A stretch of DNA of 64,000 nt from Eubacteriales bacterium (GCA_045580325.1 JAZNNR010000005.1:67504-131503); one strand, 5' to 3'; shown: positions 27,759 to 37,545, counted from the first letter of the stretch. Translations and numbers: made by a program. The notes: generated by a model from the sequence alone, not told the origin.

Positions 27759-28990
27759 GTTATAATGAAGCAAAGAAAAAGTATGCCGAGTATGGCATAG
27801 ACACAGAAAAAGCTATTGAAAAACTTAAAAACGTTAGCATTTCGGTTCATTGTTGGCAGGGCGATGACGTTATCGGCTTTGACAGCCGCGAGAGCCTTTC
27901 GGGCGGTATTCAGACAACAGGGAATTATCCGGGTAGAGCAACTACTCCCGAAGAGCTTATGGCTGACTACGATAAGGCATTTTCTCTTATTCCAGGCAAA
28001 AAGAAGCTGAATCTACACGCATCTTACGCTATTTTTGAGAAAGGCGAGGAGGTAGGCAGAGATAAGATCGAGCCGAAGCACTTTGCAAAATGGGTGGAAT
28101 TTGCCAAGGAAAGAGGTATGGGCATTGATTTTAACCCCACCTTCTTCTCACATCCTATGGTAAAGGACGGACTTACTCTTTCTTCCCCCGATGACGAGGT
28201 CCGCAAATACTGGATCGAGCACGGCAAGGCTTGTCTTAAAATAGCAGAATATTTCGCTACCGAAACAGGCATTCCCACGGTAATGAACATATGGATTCCC
28301 GACGGATATAAGGATATTCCCGCTGACAGACTTTCTCCGAGAGCAAGATTCAAGGCGGCGCTTGACGAAATTCTTGATACACCATACGACAAGAGCAAGG
28401 TTTACGTTACACTCGAAAGCAAGGTGTTCGGTATCGGAGTTGAGAGTTATACCGTAGGATCGGCAGAATTCTGTCTTTCATACTCAGATTACAAGGGCAT
28501 AACACCCCTTATGGACAACGGACATTACCATCCCACCGAGGTTGTAAGCGATAAGATCTCATCACTTCTTCTCTTTAATGAAAAAATCGCGCTCCACGTA
28601 ACACGTGCAGTGCGTTGGGATAGCGACCACGTTGTTATATTTGACGACGAAACCAAGGAGATTGCCAAGGAGATCGTGAGAAACGATGCGCTTGACCGCG
28701 TATTTATCGCAACCGATTATTTCGATGCCTCTATCAACAGAATCTCCGCTTGGGTAACCGGTGTACGAAACGTTCAAAAGGCGCTTCTCTTCGCAATTCT
28801 TCAGCCTGAGGAGCAGTTGAAGGAACTCCAGAATGAAGGCAATTTCACAGAAATTATGTACATTCAGGAAGAAATGAAAACTATGCCTTTCGGCGATATT
28901 TGGGAAGAATTTTTATCACGCGAGGGCGTTCCTGCGAACTATCTTGCTCCTATAAAGGAATACGAAAGAGAGGTTTTAAATAAAAGATGA
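27755..28990 (+). CDS. rhaA: L-rhamnose isomerase
   Basis: 411 aa: ..KLKNVSISVHCWQGDDV.., NLHASYA, WDSDHVV. ATGA overlap with the rhaB stop. Confidence 0.9.
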   Translation: MSYNEAKKKYAEYGIDTEKAIEKLKNVSISVHCWQGDDVIGFDSRESLSGGIQTTGNYPGRATTPEELMADYDKAFSLIPGKKKLNLHASYAIFEKGEEVGRDKIEPKHFAKWVEFAKERGMGIDFNPTFFSHPMVKDGLTLSSPDDEVRKYWIEHGKACLKIAEYFATETGIPTVMNIWIPDGYKDIPADRLSPRARFKAALDEILDTPYDKSKVYVTLESKVFGIGVESYTVGSAEFCLSYSDYKGITPLMDNGHYHPTEVVSDKISSLLLFNEKIALHVTRAVRWDSDHVVIFDDETKEIAKEIVRNDALDRVFIATDYFDASINRISAWVTGVRNVQKALLFAILQPEEQLKELQNEGNFTEIMYIQEEMKTMPFGDIWEEFLSREGVPANYLAPIKEYEREVLNKR

Positions 28991-29802
28991 AGGATATAAT
29001 TACAGCCCCCTTTCTCACAGAAATGAGAAAGACCTGCGCAAATATGTACCGACTCGGCTGGGACGAGCGTAACGGCGGAAATATCAGCTATATGCTTGAC
29101 GAAAAGGAAGTGGCCGAGTATCTCGATATAAATAACGTTATTCGTACGATAGCGCTCGGATTTGACGCAAGTATTCTTGCAGGCAGGATCTTCATAGTAA
29201 CGGGTACAGGCAAATATTTTAAGAACGTCGAGGATGATCCCGAAACCAACCTCGGAATCTTCCGTATTGCCAAGGACGGCAAAGCAGCTGAGCTTCTTTG
29301 GGGTTATAAAGACGGCGGACGCTTTACAAGCGAGCTTCCCGCACATCTTATGAGCCATATCGCGCGACTTTCAGTCGATCCCGAAAACCGTGTCGTTATG
29401 CATTCTCACCCGACCAACACTCTTGCTATGAACTACGTTCACGAGCTTGACGAAAAGAAATTCACTCATACTCTTTGGGAAATGTGTACCGAATGTATAG
29501 TCGTATTTCCCGACGGTGTCGGCGTGCTTCCTTGGATGCTTTGCGGAACAAACGAGATCGGCGAAGCAACTGCAAACAAAATGAAGGAATTTCGCCTTGT
29601 GGTCTGGGGAATGCACGGTATATATGCCGCAGGTAAGACTATGGACGAGACCTTCGGTCTTATCGAAACTGTAGAAAAGGCTGCGAACATCTATATGCTC
29701 ACCGCACACCTTCCTCGTATAAACACAATTAAGGACGAGGAAATGGTCCGTCTTGCTAAGTTTTTCGGTGTGAATTACAGAAAAGACTTTCTTGATCTCT
29801 GA
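28987..29802 (+). CDS. rhaD: Rhamnulose-1-phosphate aldolase (class II aldolase family)
   Basis: 271 aa: GWDERNGGNIS..MHSHPTN..VWGMHG. ATGA overlap with rhaA. Confidence 0.85.
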   Translation: MKDIITAPFLTEMRKTCANMYRLGWDERNGGNISYMLDEKEVAEYLDINNVIRTIALGFDASILAGRIFIVTGTGKYFKNVEDDPETNLGIFRIAKDGKAAELLWGYKDGGRFTSELPAHLMSHIARLSVDPENRVVMHSHPTNTLAMNYVHELDEKKFTHTLWEMCTECIVVFPDGVGVLPWMLCGTNEIGEATANKMKEFRLVVWGMHGIYAAGKTMDETFGLIETVEKAANIYMLTAHLPRINTIKDEEMVRLAKFFGVNYRKDFLDL

Positions 29803-29819
29803 TACTACAAAATAAAAAT

Positions 29820-29848
29820 GCGCCCGTAGATATTTTTTCTACGGGCGC
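29820..29848. terminator. Bidirectional stem-loop terminator
   Basis: GCGCCCGTAGA (29820-29830) pairs with TCTACGGGCGC (29838-29848) around a T-rich loop, between convergent genes. Confidence 0.65.
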
Positions 29849-29863
29849 TGCTTGTTATATAAA

Positions 29864-31339
29864 TCAGAGGACAACCGTGGGAATATCCATGAGTTCACCT
29901 AACTTAACAAGTACGTCTGCGTTATGACCAACTGCAAGTGCACAGTGATGTGTAGGAGCCTCGGCAAACCATTTTGACATATAGCTGTCGGGATCACAGT
30001 TAAAGCGTACGTGTGTTTGGGTGTTACCTATTTTCATAATAGGGTAGTCCATCGACTGCGCTTCACTGACAATAAATTTCAGCCTTCCGTCAACCGTTTG
30101 TGTTACGTTAAGCGTCGTTACAGGACCAGGCTGAACCTTTGCCTCTACGGAAATACCGCTTCCTTTTTTACCGTGATAAACTCCCATACTGCGAAGTATC
30201 GGCTTTTTACCGGATATTTTAATATGGAAAGGTCCGTCGTGTCCGATCAGAATAGTGCCGTTAACATAGTCGGTAACTACAATTTCAGCAAAGCTACCGC
30301 CTACACCGAGAAGGTCGCATATTTTCATAGCAAGAGCCGTTTTCAGATCGGCTTCGCCCGCGCAGGGAATACCGTTTGCGGTGAGCAGAGAGTGTCCTAC
30401 TATAAATCCGCTCTGCAGATCCTCGTAAGGATTGCCGTCCACGCTGTGATAATAATAGGCAAGAGCATCTAAATCGAAGTCCTTTACTAACTGAGCCTGA
30501 GCTGCTGCTACCTTTGCAGACCAGTTCAGCTGCTCGTCGGTAGGCTTTTTGACTCTGCTGTCAGAAGGGGAATCCTCAGAAATTTCAAACATTTCATATA
30601 TTTCAGCGAGTTTTTCGGAAATCTCTTCGTTTGTAACATTCTCAAGTCGCTGACTCAGATCGCACATTTCTAAAATCTTGACATTAATACCTGCCTGTGC
30701 CGACATCATAGCGAAATCACTGTACATATCGAGCATTCCCGAATAGTTTCCGCCAAGAAATCCGAAATTAGATGCAAGTAGCGAGCGCTTGACCATAGCA
30801 GCACGGCACCAGTTACCGATTTCTTCCCACGCACGCATCGCTTGAGGCATCTGAGCGGTCTTTTCGTCAGCCATAGCTCCTTCGGGAGTCTTAGTCAGTC
30901 CCAACAAGCCGTTTACGCATCTGAACGGGATCCCCGCTCTGTTAAAGGCGTTGGAAAGCTCAGGAACAGGACAAGCGCCGCACTGAGAAAGCCACTCGCC
31001 TGTATCGGTACGGTCGTAATCTATTTGGGGTGTCGGCTGTAAGTTGAGTACAATTACAGGGGCTTTACATATCTTGTGTATCGGCAGTACCGAATCGGAG
31101 GTGAAATAGGTTGCACTGTGCAGAAAAATAATATCTACGTTGTTTTTCTGAAAATATTCGCCTGCATCCTCTGCAACATCAACGTTGTCAACAAGTCCGT
31201 AGTTAAATACCTCGCCGTATGCGCCGAGCTTCTCAGATACAAAGCTGTTATAATGAAGCATTCTGTCACGGAGATTTGCGAACTGTGCCCAGTAAACTCT
31301 TAGGCCTGCGCTGTAAATACCAATTCTTAACTTTTTCAT
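29864..31339 (-). CDS. L-fucose/L-arabinose isomerase family protein (substrate unknown)
   Basis: 491 aa. The size and overall pattern (MKKLRIGIYSAGLRVYW.. N-terminal Rossmann-like start, C-terminal barrel) match FucI/AraA-like isomerases. The assignment is by recollection, not by diagnostic motifs. Confidence 0.55.
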   Translation of the reverse strand: MKKLRIGIYSAGLRVYWAQFANLRDRMLHYNSFVSEKLGAYGEVFNYGLVDNVDVAEDAGEYFQKNNVDIIFLHSATYFTSDSVLPIHKICKAPVIVLNLQPTPQIDYDRTDTGEWLSQCGACPVPELSNAFNRAGIPFRCVNGLLGLTKTPEGAMADEKTAQMPQAMRAWEEIGNWCRAAMVKRSLLASNFGFLGGNYSGMLDMYSDFAMMSAQAGINVKILEMCDLSQRLENVTNEEISEKLAEIYEMFEISEDSPSDSRVKKPTDEQLNWSAKVAAAQAQLVKDFDLDALAYYYHSVDGNPYEDLQSGFIVGHSLLTANGIPCAGEADLKTALAMKICDLLGVGGSFAEIVVTDYVNGTILIGHDGPFHIKISGKKPILRSMGVYHGKKGSGISVEAKVQPGPVTTLNVTQTVDGRLKFIVSEAQSMDYPIMKIGNTQTHVRFNCDPDSYMSKWFAEAPTHHCALAVGHNADVLVKLGELMDIPTVVL

Positions 31340-31543
31340 TTTAGAATCTTCCTCTCTGATGTGTTTGATTTTACAAGTATATTATAAGAGAGCAGCGTGA
31401 AAAAATCAACAAAGTATGTTGGTGAAAAATAACAGTATCTTGGCATTGACATAACGAAACAAATGTGTTACAATCAATAATAGAGATTACGCTGAAAACA
31501 GAGCCTGCTAAGCGACTCTCTTTTTGATATTAGGAGCTAAAAA

Positions 31544-32401
31544 ATGATTGAAATAACCAGAGATGAGTGGTCGGATAAATCGGTCAGAATGATATTAACA
31601 CCGAGCAATTACGCTCAAAAATCACTCTTTTATATTCAAGAAATAGGATTTTTTGAGGCTACTCTAAACTATTACGTCCAAAGAAAAAATCTTTCTTCTT
31701 TTTTGATACTGCAAACTCTGGAGGGAAACGGTATTCTTAACTATAACGGTAAAGAATACTCTCTTTCAAGGGGCGATGTCTTTTTTATAGATTGCAGAAA
31801 AGAACATTTTTATTATATTGTTGGCGATAAACCGTGGGTATTTAACTGGGTTCATTTTAACGGACTTAGCAGCTATGAATATTACGATAGTTATATACGT
31901 TATAATTCCTCTCCGGTTATGAAAACAGAGATAAAAGAGCTAAGTGAAATATTTACTTCTTTACTCAGTATAAACAAGGTTAAACAAAGCACAAACGAAA
32001 TACTGTCTTCGCTGAAAATAACAGAAATGATAACCTTGCTGATACTGTATTGCCAAGCTCTTTATTCTGATATTTCGCCAAGTAATGATTTTATTGATAA
32101 AGCTGTGTGGTACATAGAAAAGCATTTGCAAGAAAAAATAACTCTGGACGAAATCTCTAAACAGTTTAGTATGAATAAGTATTCCTTCCATAAGGCCTTC
32201 AAGAGATACACGAATATACCGTTTAACGAATTTATCATATTACACAGGGTGAATCGCGCCAAAGAGCTACTACGATCTTCAAATATGAGCGTACGCGAAA
32301 TAGGAGAGACTGTCGGAATTTGCAACACAAGCCATTTTATTAACCTGTTCAAGCAGAGAGAAGGGGTAAGTCCGCTTCAGTACAAACATCAGTGGGATTA
32401 G
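31544..32401 (+). CDS. AraC family transcriptional regulator
   Basis: 285 aa, cupin-like N-terminus and C-terminal AraC HTH (..VREIGETVGICNTSHFINLFKQREGVSPLQYK). Divergent from the isomerase-like gene. Confidence 0.8.
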   Translation: MIEITRDEWSDKSVRMILTPSNYAQKSLFYIQEIGFFEATLNYYVQRKNLSSFLILQTLEGNGILNYNGKEYSLSRGDVFFIDCRKEHFYYIVGDKPWVFNWVHFNGLSSYEYYDSYIRYNSSPVMKTEIKELSEIFTSLLSINKVKQSTNEILSSLKITEMITLLILYCQALYSDISPSNDFIDKAVWYIEKHLQEKITLDEISKQFSMNKYSFHKAFKRYTNIPFNEFIILHRVNRAKELLRSSNMSVREIGETVGICNTSHFINLFKQREGVSPLQYKHQWD

Positions 32402-32430
32402 TGCCTGTAAGGTAATACTATGAATGAAAA

Positions 32431-32465
32431 AATATCCACCCGTATGTGCGGGTGGATATTTTTTC
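32431..32465. terminator. Bidirectional terminator closing the minus-strand fibre operon and the AraC gene
   Basis: AATATCCACCCG (32431-32442) pairs with CGGGTGGATATT (32449-32460), flanked by A5 upstream and T5 downstream. Confidence 0.7.
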
Positions 32466-32502
32466 AAACTTTAATTTAATTCATCATAAAAATCTGTACT
32501 AT

Positions 32503-33096
32503 TTACGGATTTCCAACGTTGATTTGCAGATCAACCGTTTCTCCGTCCCTGATATAATAGGTGCTGTCCGTGCCGCTTTCAACGTAATCGGCGTAGTAAG
32601 GGGAGGTGCCCCACGTGGAAGTGAAGCTTACCTTAGTGGTTTCGGTAACCTCTATTGTAAATGTGATAGAGTAAGTCTTTCCGTCCTGTGCGCTTACGTC
32701 TTTTCCAAGCTGCTGAGTATAATACTGAACGTTTCCGCCGTTTTCTGCGGAAATTACGCAGAATCCTGTCGAGGCACTGCCGAGCTTTTCGATCGTAACA
32801 ACGTATTTTCCTGCCTCAAGAGTAGCCGATTTGGTTACACTGTTGACGTCGCTTATATCTACCGACAGATCTGTGTCTAAATTCTTTATCGAAAGCAGGG
32901 TTTCAAAATTTCCGGACTGAATAACAGTAGAAGAGGACGCGACACCGTGACCAAAATATGCATATGCGGAGATACCCATAGCAAATAGGCAAGCGATTAT
33001 TAAAATAACTGTGAGCGTCATTCTCGTAACGATTACTTTGTCAGTGATTTTTTCGTCTTTTGAAACGTGTAAAAATTCATTATACAGTTTTCTCAC
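32503..33096 (-). CDS. Small secreted protein with variant SipW-type signal peptide (class III: ..ISAYAYFGHGVASSSTVIQSGN)
   Basis: GTG 33096 lies 9 nt after AAAGGAGG. There is one N-terminal TM segment followed by the AYAYF motif. The mature part is beta-rich and T/S-rich. It is the last gene of the minus operon. Confidence 0.6.
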   Translation of the reverse strand: MRKLYNEFLHVSKDEKITDKVIVTRMTLTVILIIACLFAMGISAYAYFGHGVASSSTVIQSGNFETLLSIKNLDTDLSVDISDVNSVTKSATLEAGKYVVTIEKLGSASTGFCVISAENGGNVQYYTQQLGKDVSAQDGKTYSITFTIEVTETTKVSFTSTWGTSPYYADYVESGTDSTYYIRDGETVDLQINVGNP

Positions 33097-33139
33097 TTTG
33101 CCCGGCCTCCTTTCCTAACCTTGATGTTTTTACCGTGTT

Positions 33140-33787
33140 TTATTTTTGCTGTTCAGCCTTGACAATTAGTCCGAGATCCACCTTCGGAATAGTGGTGCCT
33201 TGATAGTTGGCTTCGTTGCCTATTTCCTTGGGCATACGAACGACGAGCGCCATATAAACGGTATCGCCCGCTTCAAGAGATGCTACGTCGGTATCGTAAT
33301 TCTGCAGCTTCATCGTAGCGATCGCAACTGCCTTTTCACGAGTCGATACGAGCTCTTCCATACCGCTTTCGCTGTCGGCATAGGCTATACCGAATTTCAG
33401 ATATTCGTGCAGCCAAAATTCCTGTCCGAACTTGTTCTTTGCCGTAGAAGAATTTATTACGCTTACTGCCGTGTGGAAATCAAAGGCTACATCTCCCTTG
33501 TTTTCTACTTTAAGATATACTACCTGAACGTAACCGGGCTCGTAAAGTGCATTGTCCTCGAAAATATCGGTCTTGCCGTCTATCGATTCCCAAGTGCCGT
33601 CGTCGAGTCGGTGTGATACCTCAAGATCGAATTCGGCAAAGTGGAATATGTTTACTACTTCTTCCGATGTATCGGTGAACCAAGCAAGTGATGCGCCTGT
33701 GCCGAGAATACCCCAAATGACAAGGATACATAGACTGAGGGCTAAAGCTATTTTCTTGTACTGTTTTTTCTTTACGGTGATTGACAC
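33140..33787 (-). CDS. TasA/camelysin-like secreted protein, SipW-type signal (class II: ..GASLAWFTDTSEEVVN)
   Basis: GTG 33787 lies 8 nt after AAGGAGG. Family motifs: NALYEPGYVQVVYLKVENKGDVAF and GNEANYQG..LGLIVKAEQ. Confidence 0.75.
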   Translation of the reverse strand: MSITVKKKQYKKIALALSLCILVIWGILGTGASLAWFTDTSEEVVNIFHFAEFDLEVSHRLDDGTWESIDGKTDIFEDNALYEPGYVQVVYLKVENKGDVAFDFHTAVSVINSSTAKNKFGQEFWLHEYLKFGIAYADSESGMEELVSTREKAVAIATMKLQNYDTDVASLEAGDTVYMALVVRMPKEIGNEANYQGTTIPKVDLGLIVKAEQQK

Positions 33788-33809
33788 GCTTCAATCCTCC
33801 TTGTCGGCA

Positions 33810-34478
33810 TTATTTGGCGTATTCTTCGTCTTTTCTGTCCTTTTTACGCCATACTAAAAGAACGATTATCATAAATATACAGCAGATAGCGAGGAGAAAA
33901 TACAGACCTGCACGGCTGTCATCTCCCGTCTGCGGGGGCTTGGGATCGTCGGGATCTATCGGGAACTCTTCAACCTTGAACTCCCAGTCGATATATCCTA
34001 CCTGATCCTGAAATTCGTTTGAAAGGGAAGTGGGAACGGACAGTATTACGTCCAGATTCACCTCTCCGCCCGAATAGAGAGTGCCGAGGCAGACCCAATC
34101 GGTAAGCTGAGCGCTTTCATTTGCTGCGGCGTCGAACATATACGCCATTTCGTTTTCCTTGCTCGTTTTTACCTTAAGACCGAGCTCTGAAAGGAATTCC
34201 TCCGAGCCGCCCGAAGCTCCGAGCGAACGGATATAGATCTTGACCTTAACGTTATTTGCTGTGTCGTTTTTGACCGTTATCTGCTGCGTAAGAGTATCGC
34301 CCGGCATAACTCCCTTGAAGTTCGGGAAAAGGTCGGTCAGCGAGAGCGTGCTGCCCGGCTCAAAAAAGAACTTTTTGGCATCGCCGCTGTAGGTTACCTT
34401 GCCGCCTTCAGCAAGTACGGGAAGTACACAGGAGAAAACGGTAAAAGCAGCTATAAGTAAAGCTAATATTTTCTTCAT
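33810..34478 (-). CDS. TasA-like domain protein with classical signal peptide and C-terminal PPQTG cell-wall sorting signal
   Basis: MKKILALLIAAFTVFSCVLPVLA|EGG. TasA-like motifs: MPGDTLTQQITVKNDTANNV and SNEFQDQVGYIDWEFKVEE. C-terminus: KPPQTGDDSRAGLYFLLAICCIFMIIVLLVWRKKDRK, i.e. motif + TM + basic tail. Confidence 0.75.
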   Translation of the reverse strand: MKKILALLIAAFTVFSCVLPVLAEGGKVTYSGDAKKFFFEPGSTLSLTDLFPNFKGVMPGDTLTQQITVKNDTANNVKVKIYIRSLGASGGSEEFLSELGLKVKTSKENEMAYMFDAAANESAQLTDWVCLGTLYSGGEVNLDVILSVPTSLSNEFQDQVGYIDWEFKVEEFPIDPDDPKPPQTGDDSRAGLYFLLAICCIFMIIVLLVWRKKDRKDEEYAK

Positions 34479-34494
34479 TTAATATATACCCTCC

Positions 34495-35058
34495 TTACTC
34501 TGCGGGCCAACCCAAAGCGGTGTGGGTCTTACCGTCTTCGATCGGGTTGTTTTCGCTCTGTACCGCCTGAGCCTTTACGGTCAGCGTCAGAGTCTTGCCT
34601 ATGTAGCTGTTATCGACCTTCGAGCCAACGATCTCAACGTGCGAGAAAACGTTCTGAGTGGTCTCGCCCGGCTCAACGATACCCTTGTAGTAGTACCAGC
34701 CGTCGTGAAGCTCCCAGTACTCATTGTTAATATTGAGCTTGAAGCATTCCTCTGCCGTAAGCTCCTGCGAGTTTACGCCGTAAACTATCTTTACGCGGAG
34801 ATAGAAGGGGTGATCACAGTCGCTTTCGATGTTGACCTTCTTGGAAACGACGTCGCCGGGGACGATATACACGCCTTCCTCGGGGAAGGGAGTGCCCTGA
34901 TCGGTCGTTTCGTGAATAATGAAGCGAATATTACCGGAGGTTATGACGTTAGTAGCTTTTCCTACCGTTGAATAGTAAGCAAGAGTGCTGTAACTAAATA
35001 AAGATATTAAGATAGCGACAAGAGCCACTACAGCCATGCGTATCTTGATTTTTCCCAA
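34495..35058 (-). CDS. Small TasA-like secreted protein, SipW-type signal (class III: ..YSTLAYYSTVGKATNVITSGN)
   Basis: Start re-set to TTG 35058, 8 nt after AAAGGAGG (MGKIKIRMAVVALV..). Motifs: VPGDVVSKKVNIESD and DNSYIGKTLTLTVKAQAVQ. Confidence 0.7.
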   Translation of the reverse strand: MGKIKIRMAVVALVAILISLFSYSTLAYYSTVGKATNVITSGNIRFIIHETTDQGTPFPEEGVYIVPGDVVSKKVNIESDCDHPFYLRVKIVYGVNSQELTAEECFKLNINNEYWELHDGWYYYKGIVEPGETTQNVFSHVEIVGSKVDNSYIGKTLTLTVKAQAVQSENNPIEDGKTHTALGWPAE

Positions 35059-35213
35059 AATTAACGTCCTCCTTTTTATTATTATTACTAAATATTTGCC
35101 TGTCAGCAATCAAAAGGTATAACTTTTATTACTTAAGTTATGCCCTTTGATTGCCGCCCAAACCCACCGAAATGGGTTTGGAACGGACTTTTGTTATCTG
35201 TTAGCCGTTAAAA

Positions 35214-37349
35214 TTACTGCTGTACCAGATCGTATCTTCCTAATCCGGCATCAGCTACGAATGTGCAGCTTGCTCCGTTAGAGTCGGTAACGTCAAAGGT
35301 GCAGTTTTCAATTGTAACGCCGGCTATCTTGTTAACCAAGCCCTCGCCGCCAAACTGGGAGAGAACGAAATTATCTATCGTCATAGTTGTGTTTTTCATC
35401 TCAAGAGTGGAAGCCTGGTTAAGAGTGATTATAGCAGTGCCGTTTGTCTTGAAAGTGCCAATGTTGATCTGTGCGCCGTCGATAACGACTGCAACCGCAC
35501 CGTTGTTGTTTATAAGTGCGGTGCCAAGGTAATCAATGTTAACAACTGTTCCTTCACCAAGAGTGAGGTCCCCGTATACTTTGAAAGGATTGGGGGAATA
35601 ATTATCGCAACCGGTTACGTTGATAGTAACATTGCTGATCACAGTGCTGCCGTATCCGAGAACTACCGCTGTATCGCCACCTGTGATGTTGATCGCAGCT
35701 CCTGCTGTGGAGGAGGTGATGGTTATGTCAGGAGCAGCATTGCTCTGGGACTGGAACATATTACCGGAAGCAGGTGCTGTTATGGTATTACCGTTAAGGT
35801 CGATAACTGCATCATTGGTTGTCATAAGAGTGCTGTCCAATACGATGTCATTATTCAGCACAACACTGTTGCCGTTTGCAAGAGCGTCAGCGAGATCGTC
35901 AACGTCATTTACAGCAGAGAATATAGTCAACCAGTCAGAAGTCTTAACGCCTGCGTTTACGATATCCTGAGTCTTAAAGCCAGCGTCGAAAGTACCGCCT
36001 GTAACGGTAGCCTTCATGTTACCGGAAACGTTGCTGAAGTTAAGAAGTCTTACGTTAGCCGTAACACCGTTGGTGGTAACGAATTCACCGCCAGTGATGT
36101 TAAGGATACCGTAGCCTGCACGGCTTGCAGCGGGATCCTGGAAGCTTACGCGGTTGATGATTGTACCGCCGTTGATGTTTACTGTTGTAGCGAGAGTTTC
36201 GCTGTTACAGAACATACGGATGGAGTCATAGTTAAGGCTCTTAACTGTACCGCCGTTGATGGTGGTTACAGAACCCTGGTAAGCGTCGATAGCGTGAGGA
36301 TAGCTGAAGTTCATAACTTCTGCGGAAGTGTTGTTTTCAATGATACCGCTGTTAACAGTCAGAGTACCGAGGTTCTTGATAGTGTTGGAAGCCCAACCGA
36401 TATCAGAAGTGTAGGGAGTTGCGTCAGTGAAGCTGATCTTACCGTTGCCGAGGCTGTCCATAATAGTAAGGTCACCGTTGTTGGTGATTACAGCGTATGC
36501 AGTTGTGAGATCTGCCTTTTCAGAGCTGATTGCGCAGCCTGCAAGGTCGATAGTTACGGTCTTGCCAGCGGGAATTTCGATAGTTTCATCAACTACGAGA
36601 TTAGCGCCGAGAACGATGAGATCATAATCGCCTGCGAGAGCTTCTGCAAGCTCTGCAAGGTCATCAACTGTAGCCATCTTGTCGTAGTCAGGTCCGAAAT
36701 CGTCTTCCTCATATGTAAACTGAGTAGCTACGAGTGCGATACCGAACTCGATAGAGGGCTGGTGTCCTTTAAGGTGGTTTGCTTCGTTGCCAACTGTTGT
36801 AGGCATTGTGAGAACGAGAGCAAATTCTTCAGATGCACCGGGGAGCAGAGAAGTGCCTGCTGCCATGTTGAGTCCTGTGCCGAGCTTTTCTGTAGCCTGA
36901 GCAGCTGCAGTAGCTCTGTCTGTAATAGTAGCAACGTCAACCTTACCTGTGTAGATATACTCGGAAAGATTGAAGGGCTCGTTATATACGTTGATACCGG
37001 CTTCTTCCTTGTAAATTGTTGCTGACATGTTGTACTTGAGTGCAAGAGAGCCTGCATTCTCAACCTTGAATCTAACAACTTCGGTGTAACCGGGCTCGTA
37101 AAGAGCGTTTTCATCGAAGATCTTTGTGTTTGCATTTACTTCAGCATAGTCGGACCATGTGTTAGTTGTAGAGTCCCAAGTGCTGTAGTAAAGCACAACG
37201 TCCAAGTTACCGGAAACGATCTGGTTTCTGGCACTTGTAACAGAATCTGTGAACCAAGCGAATGTGCTTCCAACGAGCATAGAAACGCACATGAGAATTG
37301 CAAGTGCGCTAAGCACGAGAGCACGCTTGGTGCTTCTTGTTTTTGTCAT
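35214..37349 (-). CDS. 711-aa TasA/camelysin-like N-domain protein with beta-helix-like C-terminal region, SipW-type signal (class I)
   Basis: MTKTRSTKRALVLSALAILMCVSMLVGSTFAWFTDSVTSARNQIVSGNLDV. Motifs: NALYEPGYTEVVRFKVENAGSLALKY and GNEANHLKG..IALVATQ. The C-terminal part has repetitive NGGT(I/V)/TVN-type strands. AAAGGAG RBS. Confidence 0.8.
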   Translation of the reverse strand: MTKTRSTKRALVLSALAILMCVSMLVGSTFAWFTDSVTSARNQIVSGNLDVVLYYSTWDSTTNTWSDYAEVNANTKIFDENALYEPGYTEVVRFKVENAGSLALKYNMSATIYKEEAGINVYNEPFNLSEYIYTGKVDVATITDRATAAAQATEKLGTGLNMAAGTSLLPGASEEFALVLTMPTTVGNEANHLKGHQPSIEFGIALVATQFTYEEDDFGPDYDKMATVDDLAELAEALAGDYDLIVLGANLVVDETIEIPAGKTVTIDLAGCAISSEKADLTTAYAVITNNGDLTIMDSLGNGKISFTDATPYTSDIGWASNTIKNLGTLTVNSGIIENNTSAEVMNFSYPHAIDAYQGSVTTINGGTVKSLNYDSIRMFCNSETLATTVNINGGTIINRVSFQDPAASRAGYGILNITGGEFVTTNGVTANVRLLNFSNVSGNMKATVTGGTFDAGFKTQDIVNAGVKTSDWLTIFSAVNDVDDLADALANGNSVVLNNDIVLDSTLMTTNDAVIDLNGNTITAPASGNMFQSQSNAAPDITITSSTAGAAINITGGDTAVVLGYGSTVISNVTINVTGCDNYSPNPFKVYGDLTLGEGTVVNIDYLGTALINNNGAVAVVIDGAQINIGTFKTNGTAIITLNQASTLEMKNTTMTIDNFVLSQFGGEGLVNKIAGVTIENCTFDVTDSNGASCTFVADAGLGRYDLVQQ

Positions 37350-37545
37350 TATAAAGTCTCCTTTTGGAATTTATCGGCGGAAATCAGAACTACACTCCTC
37401 GCGCGCCGACAAGCGAGGGGAGTTTGGCTTTCTTATGTTACGGTCGATCTTTAAACCATAAATCAAAGGACCGTTTTAGAAACAGTCTGTTTTAATCTCA
37501 AATGCTTCTTTGAAAAGAAAGGGAAATCACTTCAAGACTAGAACC

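Noticed and set aside
36294-37025. 243-aa plus-strand ORF, plus 36728..37135 and 35620..35970
   Set aside because: They are antisense or out-of-frame shadows within the 711-aa subunit gene.
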